From Bacteroidota bacterium (GTDB lineage: Bacteria; Bacteroidota; Ignavibacteria; UBA10030; UBA6906): a stretch of DNA of 64,000 nucleotides. Positions 10,058 to 20,860 of the stretch are shown here, one piece after another. The notes beneath the pieces were generated by a model, which was not told the DNA's origin, searched no databases, and saw nothing but the letters and a program-made list of their open reading frames with translations. The translations under genes were made by a program, and so were the position numbers. The stretch spans positions 65,588 to 129,587 of the forward strand of contig JANNSJ010000058.1 in assembly GCA_031402435.1 (NCBI GenBank), written 5' to 3'. Positions within the stretch are counted from its first letter, which is position 1, and each line of letters begins with the position of its first letter.

Positions 10058-11376
10058 AACTCCAACTGAACGACACACACAATCCAACACTTACTTCTTT
10101 TGTAGACTCAGCAAACCTGGGCGGTACTGACTTCCCGATTCAGAATCTTCCGTTTGGCGTGTTCAAGCGCAAGGGAACACAAGACCTGCCGCGGGTCGGT
10201 GTGGCTATCGGGGATAAGGTGCTTGATGTAAGCATGTGCCGGAAAGCCGGGTTGTTCGAGGGCCTTGCAAATGATGCTGCCGCAGCCTGTGAGCGATCAT
10301 CCCTTAATACACTGATGTCCTTGGGCACAAAGCATTGGGCCGCATTGAGGAAGCGATTGAGCGAACTTCTTGGTGCTACCTCGAAAGCCAAAGAGAGCGT
10401 GAAGGCGTCGCTTGTATCCACGAACGATGTGGAGATGTTTCTCCCTGCGGAAATTGGTGACTACACGGATTTCTATGCGTCCATTTATCACGCAACAAAC
10501 GTGGGCAGCATGTTTCGCCCGACCAATCCATTGTTACCGAACTACAAGTACATACCCATAGGTTACCATGGGCGCTCATCATCGATTGTCATCAGTGGAA
10601 CACCAATCCATCGGCCCAGTGGTCAGTTGAAAAGCGAAAGTGATGAGCATCCGGTATTCGCTCCATCGAAATTGCTTGACTACGAGCTTGAAATTGGCGC
10701 TTTTGTGGGATCGGGTAATGCGTTGGGAAAACCAGTAAGCATCAGTCATGCAACAGAACACCTGTTTGGTGTCTGCCTTCTTAACGATTGGTCGGCTCGT
10801 GACATTCAAGCGTGGGAATACCAGCCTCTCGGTCCGTTCCTTGCCAAGAATTTTGCGTCAACGATTTCTCCCTGGGTTGTTACTACGGAAGCGCTTGCGC
10901 CGTTCCGCGTTCCTGCATTTGAGCGCCCCGCAGGCGATCCATCGCCATTGCCCTATCTCTCCAATGCAGAGGATAAGAGTCATGGTGGTATCGATCTCAT
11001 CCTTGAAGTCCACTTCATCTCGCGAACAATGCGAGAGCACAACATGAATCCCATACAACTCAACCGCGGCAACTTCAAGGAGATGTACTGGACACTCGCA
11101 CAGATCCTTGCTCATCATACAAGTAATGGCTGTAACCTTCGACCGGGTGATCTTCTCGGCAGTGGCACTGTTTCAGGACCGACGAAAGATTCTCTCGGCA
11201 GTCTTCTAGAGTTGACATGGCGTGGCAGTGAACCGATCAAACTTCCATCAGGAGAAGAACGGAGGTTTCTGGAAGATGGTGATGAAGTGATTATGCGCGG
11301 GTACTGTGAGAGGGATGGCGCCGCGAGAATCGGACTCGGCGAATGCCGTGGCATCATAGTAGCTTCTACATCTTGA
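10054..11376 (+). CDS. fahA: Fumarylacetoacetase (fumarylacetoacetate hydrolase)
   Basis: 440 aa. The N-terminal FAH-specific domain (FPIQNLPFGVF) and the FAH catalytic-fold C-domain (EIGAFVGSGNALG, DLLGSGT) give full-length similarity to the eukaryotic/bacterial FAH family. Confidence 0.8.
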   Translation: MKLQLNDTHNPTLTSFVDSANLGGTDFPIQNLPFGVFKRKGTQDLPRVGVAIGDKVLDVSMCRKAGLFEGLANDAAAACERSSLNTLMSLGTKHWAALRKRLSELLGATSKAKESVKASLVSTNDVEMFLPAEIGDYTDFYASIYHATNVGSMFRPTNPLLPNYKYIPIGYHGRSSSIVISGTPIHRPSGQLKSESDEHPVFAPSKLLDYELEIGAFVGSGNALGKPVSISHATEHLFGVCLLNDWSARDIQAWEYQPLGPFLAKNFASTISPWVVTTEALAPFRVPAFERPAGDPSPLPYLSNAEDKSHGGIDLILEVHFISRTMREHNMNPIQLNRGNFKEMYWTLAQILAHHTSNGCNLRPGDLLGSGTVSGPTKDSLGSLLELTWRGSEPIKLPSGEERRFLEDGDEVIMRGYCERDGAARIGLGECRGIIVASTS

Positions 11377-12037
11377 GTCTCTTTCCAATCTGCTTGACAA
11401 TCTTTTCGAGATCTCCTTTCCGATTCACAAAATCCAGTCCGTCAGATTCAATTGTAAGCAGGGGGCCGAGTTTGTAATTCTGCGTCCAGCTTTCGTAATG
11501 CCCATTGAGTTGTTCGAGGTACTGGCGTGGAATGCCCTGCTCGAAGTCCCGCCCGCGAAGCGAAATCTGTTTGACGAGAGTGTTGGTATTGGCGCGCAAG
11601 TAAACGAGCAGGTCGGGCGGACGAAGATACTCGGTCATTACTTTGTACAACTCAACATAGTTTGTGTAATCACGCGCATCCATTTTTCCGATCTCGTGAA
11701 GGTTGCGCGCAAATATCTCTGCATCCTCATAAATCACACGGTCGAGAATAACAGAGCCCGGGCCTTCTGTTATTGCTTTATGACTTTGAAATCTGTTGGA
11801 AAGGAAATACACCTGCAGGTTGAACGACCAGCGCGTCATATCGGCGTAGAAGTCGGTGAGGTACGGGTTATCCACAACGGACTCAAAAAACGGATTCCAC
11901 CCGAATTGTTGGCTGAGGAGTTTTGTCAAAGATGATTTCCCTGCGCCAATATTCCCGGCGACGGCGATGAAGTATTTCTTCTTTTTCTTCCTTCCAGCGT
12001 TTGCAGTGGATGCTATTGCTTTCCTCTTTGTTTTCAT
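11366..12037 (-). CDS. Deoxynucleoside kinase (dAK/dGK/dCK family)
   Basis: P-loop AVAGNIGAGKSSL, ERS-like motif, and the LID region of the dNK family. Its 3' end overlaps the fahA 3' end convergently. Confidence 0.75.
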   Translation of the reverse strand: MKTKRKAIASTANAGRKKKKKYFIAVAGNIGAGKSSLTKLLSQQFGWNPFFESVVDNPYLTDFYADMTRWSFNLQVYFLSNRFQSHKAITEGPGSVILDRVIYEDAEIFARNLHEIGKMDARDYTNYVELYKVMTEYLRPPDLLVYLRANTNTLVKQISLRGRDFEQGIPRQYLEQLNGHYESWTQNYKLGPLLTIESDGLDFVNRKGDLEKIVKQIGKRLKM

Positions 12038-12912
12038 TCGTGCCCCTCGTTGATAATTCCATAAAGAGTAACAAGTCCGTCAATGGCTCGCGGCCCCGGA
12101 CGGGAGATGATGTCTGAATTGATTCGAAATACCTGGCGTGTTCGGAATGCGTTGAGAGTGACCCACTCCGGGAAGAACTTCGGCAATTCATCCGCGTTGG
12201 CAAGCGCATCTGACATAACGATAATGACATCAGGGTTTGATGCAACGACTGCCTCGCGACTGAGTGTCGGATAAGTCGATGGCGAAGCGCCGGCAACATT
12301 TCTTCCCCCTGCAAGTACCAAAAGCTCTGAGAGAAACGTCTTTCCACCGACCACAATAAGTGGCTGCAACGAGACAATCAACAGTACTCCCTTCGTCGTT
12401 TTCACCAGCGACTTCACCGAATCTTCACACTGTTGTATTGTCTGAACAAGGCGGGTGGCATTGTCCGCTTTGCCGATAAGTTGCCCGAGATCAAGGATTG
12501 ATTTCTGGATGCCGGCGAGCGATCTAGGGTTCGTAACGAACACGGGACACCCGATGCCCACCATCTTGTTAAAGTCCTCTCGAACATTTCCCTCCATACT
12601 TACAATGATCAGGTTTGGCTTGAGGCTGATGATGGTTTCGAGGCTTGGATTGGTAACACCGCCGACACGGCTCTTGGTTGCTGCTTCAGGCGGATAATTG
12701 CAGAAATCGGTTACCCCAACAACCTGATCGCCCGCTCCAAGAGCGAAGAGTGTTTCGGTAATACTGGGTGCTATGGAGACGATGCGTTGAGGAGTGGACA
12801 GCAGAGTAATCTTGCGGCCGAGGTCGTCAACAACCGAGACTTCTGCCTTCAGTATACCGACAAAGGCAGTCAATCCAACTATGACAGGGAGAAGCCGGGG
12901 TAGGAGGTGCAT
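12034..12912 (-). CDS. ABC transporter periplasmic substrate-binding protein, BtuF/TroA-like (cobalamin or Fe3+-siderophore)
   Basis: Signal peptide, then RIVSIAPSITETLFALGAGDQVVGVTDFCNYP, which is typical of class III SBPs (BtuF). A 4-bp overlap with the downstream dNK gene suggests an operon. Confidence 0.65.
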   Translation of the reverse strand: MHLLPRLLPVIVGLTAFVGILKAEVSVVDDLGRKITLLSTPQRIVSIAPSITETLFALGAGDQVVGVTDFCNYPPEAATKSRVGGVTNPSLETIISLKPNLIIVSMEGNVREDFNKMVGIGCPVFVTNPRSLAGIQKSILDLGQLIGKADNATRLVQTIQQCEDSVKSLVKTTKGVLLIVSLQPLIVVGGKTFLSELLVLAGGRNVAGASPSTYPTLSREAVVASNPDVIIVMSDALANADELPKFFPEWVTLNAFRTRQVFRINSDIISRPGPRAIDGLVTLYGIINEGHE

Positions 12913-13069
12913 GATTGTGAAACGAGCGGGTCGCGTTTAGAGAATTCTCTGTCAATATAGGCTGAAGGAACGCGAGATGCAAGGAGAGACGTTCATTGAC
13001 TTTCCCTTCTTTTTTGTGGAAATTGGCGTCGGACAGAACAATCAAAGAAGCCACGGAGAGAAAAAGTAA

Positions 13070-14332
13070 TTGGATAAATTTGTCATCAACGGTGGACGGA
13101 AACTCAACGGAACAGTAAGCATCAGCGGGGCAAAGAATGCCACACTCGCGCTCATGCCGGCAGCGCTTCTCGCAAGTGGAACGTTCCGCCTGCGGAACAC
13201 GCCCGTGCTGCGCGATGTCACTACGATGTCCAGTCTCCTCAAAACAATGGGGATGAAGACGGAGCTCAAGGATCACGTCCTTACCCTGGATACGACGGGA
13301 GTAAACAAACAAGAAGCACCATACGAGCATGTGAAAAAGATGCGCGCTTCGATCTACGTGCTCGGCCCGCTGCTGGCACGGTATGGCAGGGCGAAGGTGT
13401 CGCTACCGGGAGGATGTGCTTGGGGCCCGCGTCCCGTGAACCTGCACATCGAAGGCATGAAGAAACTCGGCGCAACCGTTGAACTGAAACGCGGCTACAT
13501 TCAAGCGAGTGCGAAACGACTGACGGGTGCCCATATCAACTTTGATGTCTCCAGTGTCGGCGCAACGGGCAATGTGATGATGGCTGCTGTGCTTGCCAAA
13601 GGGACCACTCTCATTGAGAATGCGGCAATCGAGCCCGAGATTACACAGCTCGCTGAATTTCTGCACGCGATGGGTGCAAAAATCAACGGCATTGGTACAA
13701 ACCGCATTGAAATTGAAGGAGTTGATGAATTGCACTCCGCCGATATCGAAACCATTCCGGATAGAATAGAGGCGGGGACGTTTCTCGTTGCGGGAGCTAT
13801 TACGGGTGGGTCAGTCACTCTGCAGCATGTCATCCCTTCACACTTCTCGGCGCTTACCGCAAAGCTCCAGGATGCTGGGTGTGAGGTTCAAGTTGGATCA
13901 GACACGGTGACGCTTTCCTGTCCAGACGGTATCAAGCCGGTTGATGTTACAGCGAACATCTATCCTGGATTTCCCACCGATATGCAAGCACAGTGGATCG
14001 CGTTGATGGCCATAGCCAACGGTACATCCATTGTGACCGATTCGATCTACCTTGATCGGTTTAAACATGTTCCCGAATTGATTCGTCTTGGCGCAACAAT
14101 TGAGTTGAAGGAAAATGCCGCTGTTGTCAAGGGTGTGAAGCAACTTACCGGGGCAACAGTGATGTCAACAGATTTGCGCGCCTCAGCGTCATTGATCATC
14201 GCCGGTCTTGTTGCCGACAGCATGACGGAAGTGCTGCGCGTCTATCATATCGATCGCGGATACGAGGCAATCGAAAAGAAACTCCAGTCTCTCGGCGCAG
14301 ACATCCAACGGATGTCGGGCGAAGAGTTCTAA
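13070..14332 (+). CDS. murA: UDP-N-acetylglucosamine 1-carboxyvinyltransferase
   Basis: 420 aa with full-length MurA architecture. N-terminus FVINGGRKLNGTVSISGAKNA, an active-site Cys region, and a C-terminal DRGYE motif. Confidence 0.9.
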   Translation: MDKFVINGGRKLNGTVSISGAKNATLALMPAALLASGTFRLRNTPVLRDVTTMSSLLKTMGMKTELKDHVLTLDTTGVNKQEAPYEHVKKMRASIYVLGPLLARYGRAKVSLPGGCAWGPRPVNLHIEGMKKLGATVELKRGYIQASAKRLTGAHINFDVSSVGATGNVMMAAVLAKGTTLIENAAIEPEITQLAEFLHAMGAKINGIGTNRIEIEGVDELHSADIETIPDRIEAGTFLVAGAITGGSVTLQHVIPSHFSALTAKLQDAGCEVQVGSDTVTLSCPDGIKPVDVTANIYPGFPTDMQAQWIALMAIANGTSIVTDSIYLDRFKHVPELIRLGATIELKENAAVVKGVKQLTGATVMSTDLRASASLIIAGLVADSMTEVLRVYHIDRGYEAIEKKLQSLGADIQRMSGEEF

Positions 14333-14344
14333 CTCCACTCATCA

Positions 14345-16615
14345 ATGTCTCTTTTCCGATCACGAGGATTTGTCGCTATCGTTTTGGTGTATGCAGCGAT
14401 TTCCCTCATCTCCACACAAATCCCTCTTCTCAATTACCTGGGCTACGAGTTCTCTGCGCTTATCGGGTCTCTCGGCTCGGTGATGTCCGGGCTGCTGACG
14501 ATATATCTTGTCAAGCCGGTGTATCTTTCTGGTGATACTGCGGGCAGGTTTTCTCGTATCTCAACATCCTTCAGCCAGGCGGTGTTGCTCAACCTCGTCG
14601 CTCTCGTTATTCCTCTCGTTGTCATGCTCACGAATGCGTTCTTCGTGAAGAACTGTTCCTTGCTTCAGGGGCTCGCGTTCTTCATGCTCATTCCGGTCGT
14701 GAGTATCTGGTTTGGATCGGCACTTGGCTTTCTTTGCGCCGTACATTATCGGTTCGCAAAGCTCACGTTCGGCTTCTATTGTTTCCTCCTTCTGGCGTAC
14801 AGTGCCGCCATCGGATATTTCACCCCGGCAATCTTCTCCTATAATTTTCTCTACGGCTACTTTCCCGGTCTCACATATGACGAAGCGTTGGGCCTGACAT
14901 GGACGTTGGTACTCTTCCGCCTGCTGACGATCATGATCGGCGCAATACTGGTCTGGTTGGCCGCGCTGGTCGCACGTCACTGTTCGCCAACAGATTCAGT
15001 TGTGGTAAAGGGGAGATCTCTTTTGAGATTATTGGCTGGTCGCAGTTACCGGACGGTGGCTGGGACAAGCACTGTTGTGTTGGGGATCGTTTGGATCTTC
15101 AGGGGAGAGTTTGGATTTGAGTCGACGTCCGGGTATATCCAGTCGACGTTGGGGGCGGCCTACAGGTCTGAGCACTTTATCATTTATTACTCCAAAGAAT
15201 CCTATGACGACGATGAGGTCAGGTGGATTTCAGCCGAACATGAATTCCGCCTGAAACAGATTACAGACGCGTTCTTTATTTCCTTTAACGGCACGATCGA
15301 ATCATACATTTATCCGTCGAGCAATTCCAAGCAAAGACTCATCGGCACGGGAACGACCAACATTGCCAAGCCCTGGAGCGGGCAGATTCAGATCACCAAA
15401 CAATCGCTTGATGGAACGCTGAAGCACGAGCTTGTGCACGTGCTCGCCGCACCGTTTGGATTGCCGGTAATCAGAGCAAGCGTGAGCACCGGTCTTGTTG
15501 AAGGGCTTGCGATGGCGATTGAATGGGAGTGGGGAAACCGTACGCCGCATCAGTACGCGGCCGCGATGCGTAAGTTCGACGTCATGCCTGACATTGAACC
15601 GCTTATGCTTCTTACGGGCTTTGCATCGCAGGCATCATCGGTGAGTTACGTGTTGTGCGGGTCATTTTGCAAGTTCCTCATTGACCGTTACGGCATCAGG
15701 AAGATGATGCAGGTATACCGCAACGGAGATTACAACATTGCGTATGCGAGATCATTGCAACAACTCATCGCAGAGTGGCATAGCTTTCTTGACCGCATTC
15801 CGGTTGCCGATCAGGATCGAGATGCGATTGACGTAATCTTCCGTCGTCCGGCGATCTTCAAAAAGGTGTGTGCGCGTGTAGTTGCCGAGCGTAACATCGA
15901 AGCACGGAAGCGATACGATGCGAGGGACTATGTGTTGGCGGAAGCCCTCTTCAAGGAATCATATCTCGAAGTAAAAGGTTATGATGCTCTCGGTGGATAT
16001 ATTGCGAGCGCTCTTCGTTCGGGGAACGCGCGGGATGTTACATCAATCCTAGACAGCATCATCATGAAGGATTCGCACCCCGCCCAGTACCTTCCGCTGT
16101 TCATTACAATTGGAGATGCATATTGGTCGCTGGGCGATAAGCGACGAGCCTCGGAACTCTACAGACGCGCCCGACAGGCTAACCTCTCCCAGAGTCTGAA
16201 CGAATCTGCAGCATTGCGGATTGACGCCATGAAGGATACTGACAGCCTGATGCATTCCTACTTCATGTCCGATGCGAATGATACGCTGCGTCTGAAGATG
16301 CTGAATCAGATTGTCGCCCAAGGAAATAATGAGTGGATGGTGCGATACCTCAAGGGGCGACTTCTCCTGCGCATGAACCGGTTCCAGGAATCCTGCGATA
16401 CTCTTTCATCGCTTGTACCTGCCCCCGAGGATTCGCTTCTTGAATCACTCCGGTTAAGAATGGTCGGTTACGATCTGTTTCGTCTTCGGAGATTTCAGGA
16501 TGCCAGAACATCATTCTGGACATCGCTTAACTATCTTGATGATGAGGTTGCCCGCAACGAGGTTGATGATTGGGTGGAGCGTTGTGAATGGATGGAGACA
16601 TACGATCCCGGATGA
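14345..16615 (+). CDS. Polytopic membrane protein with a Peptidase_MA-like HExxH...E zinc-metalloprotease domain and TPR-like C-terminus (putative)
   Basis: About 8 predicted TM helices in the first 260 aa. LKHELVHVL followed by GLVEGLAMAIE gives a gluzincin-like HExxH + E pattern. The C-terminal 250 aa are TPR-like and helical. Confidence 0.4.
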   Translation: MSLFRSRGFVAIVLVYAAISLISTQIPLLNYLGYEFSALIGSLGSVMSGLLTIYLVKPVYLSGDTAGRFSRISTSFSQAVLLNLVALVIPLVVMLTNAFFVKNCSLLQGLAFFMLIPVVSIWFGSALGFLCAVHYRFAKLTFGFYCFLLLAYSAAIGYFTPAIFSYNFLYGYFPGLTYDEALGLTWTLVLFRLLTIMIGAILVWLAALVARHCSPTDSVVVKGRSLLRLLAGRSYRTVAGTSTVVLGIVWIFRGEFGFESTSGYIQSTLGAAYRSEHFIIYYSKESYDDDEVRWISAEHEFRLKQITDAFFISFNGTIESYIYPSSNSKQRLIGTGTTNIAKPWSGQIQITKQSLDGTLKHELVHVLAAPFGLPVIRASVSTGLVEGLAMAIEWEWGNRTPHQYAAAMRKFDVMPDIEPLMLLTGFASQASSVSYVLCGSFCKFLIDRYGIRKMMQVYRNGDYNIAYARSLQQLIAEWHSFLDRIPVADQDRDAIDVIFRRPAIFKKVCARVVAERNIEARKRYDARDYVLAEALFKESYLEVKGYDALGGYIASALRSGNARDVTSILDSIIMKDSHPAQYLPLFITIGDAYWSLGDKRRASELYRRARQANLSQSLNESAALRIDAMKDTDSLMHSYFMSDANDTLRLKMLNQIVAQGNNEWMVRYLKGRLLLRMNRFQESCDTLSSLVPAPEDSLLESLRLRMVGYDLFRLRRFQDARTSFWTSLNYLDDEVARNEVDDWVERCEWMETYDPG

Positions 16616-17679
16616 CAAAAACGAAGCCAACATATTCGCGCATTCTTCTAACCCGGATGAAATTCATCGGAGACGTCGTGTTGACCACGCCGATCATCCG
16701 TTCGGTGCGGAATGCCTATCCAGATGCCTTTATTGCATATCTTGGCGAGAAGAATGCCGTTTCATTGCTTGAGCACAATCCCAATCTGAACGAAGTCATC
16801 CCGTTTGATTTCTCCCGAACTACATTTATCGAACAGCCACGGGTGGTGTTTCACCTTCGCCGCAGAAAGTTTGACCTTGCAATCGATCTCTTCAATAATC
16901 CCCGCAGCGCGTTACTGACATACTTGAGCGGTGCAAACGTGAGAGTTGGGGCCGAGCGAAAAGGTCGTGGCAAACTCTACACGATTCAGGTAAATGATGA
17001 TGGGGCGCCGAAGACAACTATTGCATTCCATAATCAATTCATCCATGTGGTTGGTATTGAGCCGACGGCTCACGAGACAGAAATTTTCCTGACTGATGAT
17101 GAGCGACGCGAAGCACGCATCTATCTTCAATGGCTTGATCATGAAAACACCCCGCTTGATATGGCCAAGCCGATTGTCGGCATCCATCCCGGTGCAACAT
17201 GGCCGGCAAAGAAGTGGCTGCAGGAACGGTTCGCAGAACTTGCCGACATGCTCGTAGCGAAGCTCGGAGTTCAGGTCGTCATGCTCGCGGGGCCGAATGA
17301 CGGTGAGACAATCAATACCATTCTGAAGCATTCGTTCTCCAACATCAAGGTGTTGAAGAACCTCCCACTCCGCCAACTGGGCGCCATCATGACGCATTGT
17401 TCATTGTTCATCGCCAACGATGCCGGACCAATGCATATTGCTGCCGCTGTTGGTACGCCAACCATAGGGTTGTTTGGACCAGGTGAAGAGAACATCTGGT
17501 TCCCGTACTCTTCTGAAGATGGACATAAAGCTCTGCGCAAAGACGTTCCGTGTCATCCCTGTCATCTCGACTTCTGCAATCGAGAGGGAGAGGGATATAT
17601 GGAATGCATGAAGCTCTTGAGTGTGCGGGAGGTGTTTGATGCAGCGGCGCATTCGTTACGCGTGAAAAGCGTTAGATGA
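16612..17679 (+). CDS. Glycosyltransferase family 9 (LPS heptosyltransferase-like)
   Basis: N-terminus SRILLTRMKFIGDVVLTTP is the GT9 signature. The C-terminal GPMHIAAAVGTP motif is typical. ATGA overlap with the upstream gene. Confidence 0.7.
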   Translation: MTKTKPTYSRILLTRMKFIGDVVLTTPIIRSVRNAYPDAFIAYLGEKNAVSLLEHNPNLNEVIPFDFSRTTFIEQPRVVFHLRRRKFDLAIDLFNNPRSALLTYLSGANVRVGAERKGRGKLYTIQVNDDGAPKTTIAFHNQFIHVVGIEPTAHETEIFLTDDERREARIYLQWLDHENTPLDMAKPIVGIHPGATWPAKKWLQERFAELADMLVAKLGVQVVMLAGPNDGETINTILKHSFSNIKVLKNLPLRQLGAIMTHCSLFIANDAGPMHIAAAVGTPTIGLFGPGEENIWFPYSSEDGHKALRKDVPCHPCHLDFCNREGEGYMECMKLLSVREVFDAAAHSLRVKSVR

Positions 17680-18772
17680 ACGTATCGCCCTGGAGACGTG
17701 TCCACCATTCCCCTTCGAGTCGCGTGAAGAACGCGTTTCCGGAATAGAGTGCTTCCATAATAAGAGGGTGTTTGGAAATGGCCTGGACATAACTCCCACG
17801 TTGCACCATGATGCACAACTTCTCAGACAACTCCATGGCCATTTTTGGTTCAAACCTCCCTATGAGCGCAACGCTGCCACGTTGAAGAGCGTCATCAAAG
17901 AGATGGGTAAGCACTTCACTGATCGTGGACGGCCTTCCAACACATTGCAGTACCTGACCAGCTTTTCCAGGGTTTGGGTAATACATGTACCAACCCGCTA
18001 ACGTGCCAGCTTTGTCAAAAAGGGCAACCTTTCGAAAAGCCCCGTACTCTTGCTTTTGTGAAGCCTCTGCCAATAACCACCGGAGGGATTGGATATTGTA
18101 GTCCGGAACCAACCTTTGCTTTCTTGAGAATTCGCGAATTCCTTCCAGGAGAGTTTCTGGAGTGAGTTCTCGGCCTTCGAGTTCTGATTTCTCTATGCGC
18201 AATGGGTTTTTCGATACGTGACCAGAAACCCAGTCCAGACCTGTCGATATTGGTCGAGCGAGGAACTCCAGTGGATTCGGACCGGTCTTCGTTCCTAACC
18301 ATGTGGACATCACGAACCCGGAAGGGCGGAGAATCCGTAACCATTGCAGACTGTATGTGTGCATGGTGGCACTACCAAGTCCTTCCCAGATTTTTCTTGC
18401 CTTGTCTGTTGCAGTATCGGTTAGAGTTGCATCCTGTGGTCCGGCAAAAAGTTGTTTCAACATGCGTACCGCGGCAAGAGGATTCCGAAGCTCGGCATCC
18501 ATCATCAGATTTCCAGCGAGAACCGCCATGACTCGTGCCCCGCTAACAAGAAACGGGAACGGTAAGGCACCCACAAAACCTCCGATGTATCCATTCTCTT
18601 CATACACCAGCGATGACAGTGTTCCGTCATACCAGGGGTTATCAAAATAGAGATGTGCGAGATACTCCTTGAGAGATTCGGGTGCTTGATCAGAGTCGCG
18701 ACGGAAGATCTTTTGGAACAACGCCGCAACAGCGGGAACATCATCACGAGTGAATGATCTTATCTTATCCAT
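17672..18772 (-). CDS. GNAT-family N-acetyltransferase-like protein (Eis-like two-domain architecture, putative)
   Basis: Start placed at MDKIRSFTRDDVPAVAALF (the ATG at 18772). The N-terminal region resembles the acetyl-CoA binding fold. About 366 aa. Low-confidence family assignment. Confidence 0.4.
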   Translation of the reverse strand: MDKIRSFTRDDVPAVAALFQKIFRRDSDQAPESLKEYLAHLYFDNPWYDGTLSSLVYEENGYIGGFVGALPFPFLVSGARVMAVLAGNLMMDAELRNPLAAVRMLKQLFAGPQDATLTDTATDKARKIWEGLGSATMHTYSLQWLRILRPSGFVMSTWLGTKTGPNPLEFLARPISTGLDWVSGHVSKNPLRIEKSELEGRELTPETLLEGIREFSRKQRLVPDYNIQSLRWLLAEASQKQEYGAFRKVALFDKAGTLAGWYMYYPNPGKAGQVLQCVGRPSTISEVLTHLFDDALQRGSVALIGRFEPKMAMELSEKLCIMVQRGSYVQAISKHPLIMEALYSGNAFFTRLEGEWWTRLQGDTFI

Positions 18773-19247
18773 GGACTCTCTCGACAATACCGTGGACCTC
18801 TGCTTGACAAGATACCTCCTTCCCGTTTTCGGAGGCGACGATCTGCATTGCCTTCCTGTCTGTTGCAATGATCTCGGTTGGTAGTCCGTGCATGTAGACA
18901 AATGCTATTGGTTCATTTTCAAATGCTTCTCCCGGTTCCGGGGGAACAATAACTCTTCCGCCCTCCCGTTCAATATGTTGCAGCGTTTTTTCCATGTTGT
19001 CTGTCTTGAAACACAGATGATGGAATCCTCCTCCCCGAGCGGCAAGGGCAAAAACCGGAGATTCAGAATCCGCGGGTTCCACCAACTTCACAGGAAGGGA
19101 TCCTTCCTTTTGAAGAAAGACGACCCTCACTTTTTGCCGGGTATTGACAACCGGTTGTGTCATTCTCGTATACCCGAATGTTTTTTCCCAGATTGCAATT
19201 CCCTGGTCCAGGGACCGTACAACGATACCAATGTGATCGATGATCAT
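18765..19247 (-). CDS. VOC/glyoxalase-fold protein, methylmalonyl-CoA epimerase-like
   Basis: 160 aa. MIIDHIGIVVRSLDQGIAIW...GGFHHLCF is typical of MCE/glyoxalase I metal-binding His/Glu positions. It overlaps the downstream GNAT-like gene by 8 bp. Confidence 0.6.
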   Translation of the reverse strand: MIIDHIGIVVRSLDQGIAIWEKTFGYTRMTQPVVNTRQKVRVVFLQKEGSLPVKLVEPADSESPVFALAARGGGFHHLCFKTDNMEKTLQHIEREGGRVIVPPEPGEAFENEPIAFVYMHGLPTEIIATDRKAMQIVASENGKEVSCQAEVHGIVERVHG

Positions 19248-19497
19248 GGCACAAGCTCCTTTTCTACGGAGAGTTGGTTTCCGATGTCCTGCACACGTAT
19301 TAGAGTAGTGAACGATTTGTTTGGAGGGCCTCAGGAAATATAGTGAATTGGAACTAAAGGTGACAGAGGTTGCAGTTGGGTGTATCTGAATTTTTCCGGC
19401 ACGAGCACTCCCCGCGTCTCAATGTCTTGGAGTTCAACCTGTTTGCGTTTGATTTTGTCGTGTTTTTTGGCATATTTGAAGTCGTTTCATCTAGTAA

Positions 19498-20823
<1,326 letters not shown>

Positions 20824-20860
20824 GTTACTAACAGACAATGCTGGACAATTCAAAAAGGAA

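Noticed and set aside
12913-13069. Possible cobalamin riboswitch upstream of the BtuF-like binding-protein gene (divergent from murA)
   Set aside because: The intergenic region is only about 157 nt, and I cannot find a B12-box (GCCACTG-like) or the conserved stems on either strand. There is no support from the sequence.
17768-18001. Short plus-strand ORFs (60-110 aa) between 17768 and 18650
   Set aside because: All are antisense to the 366-aa GNAT-like gene on the minus strand and lack RBS or motif support.
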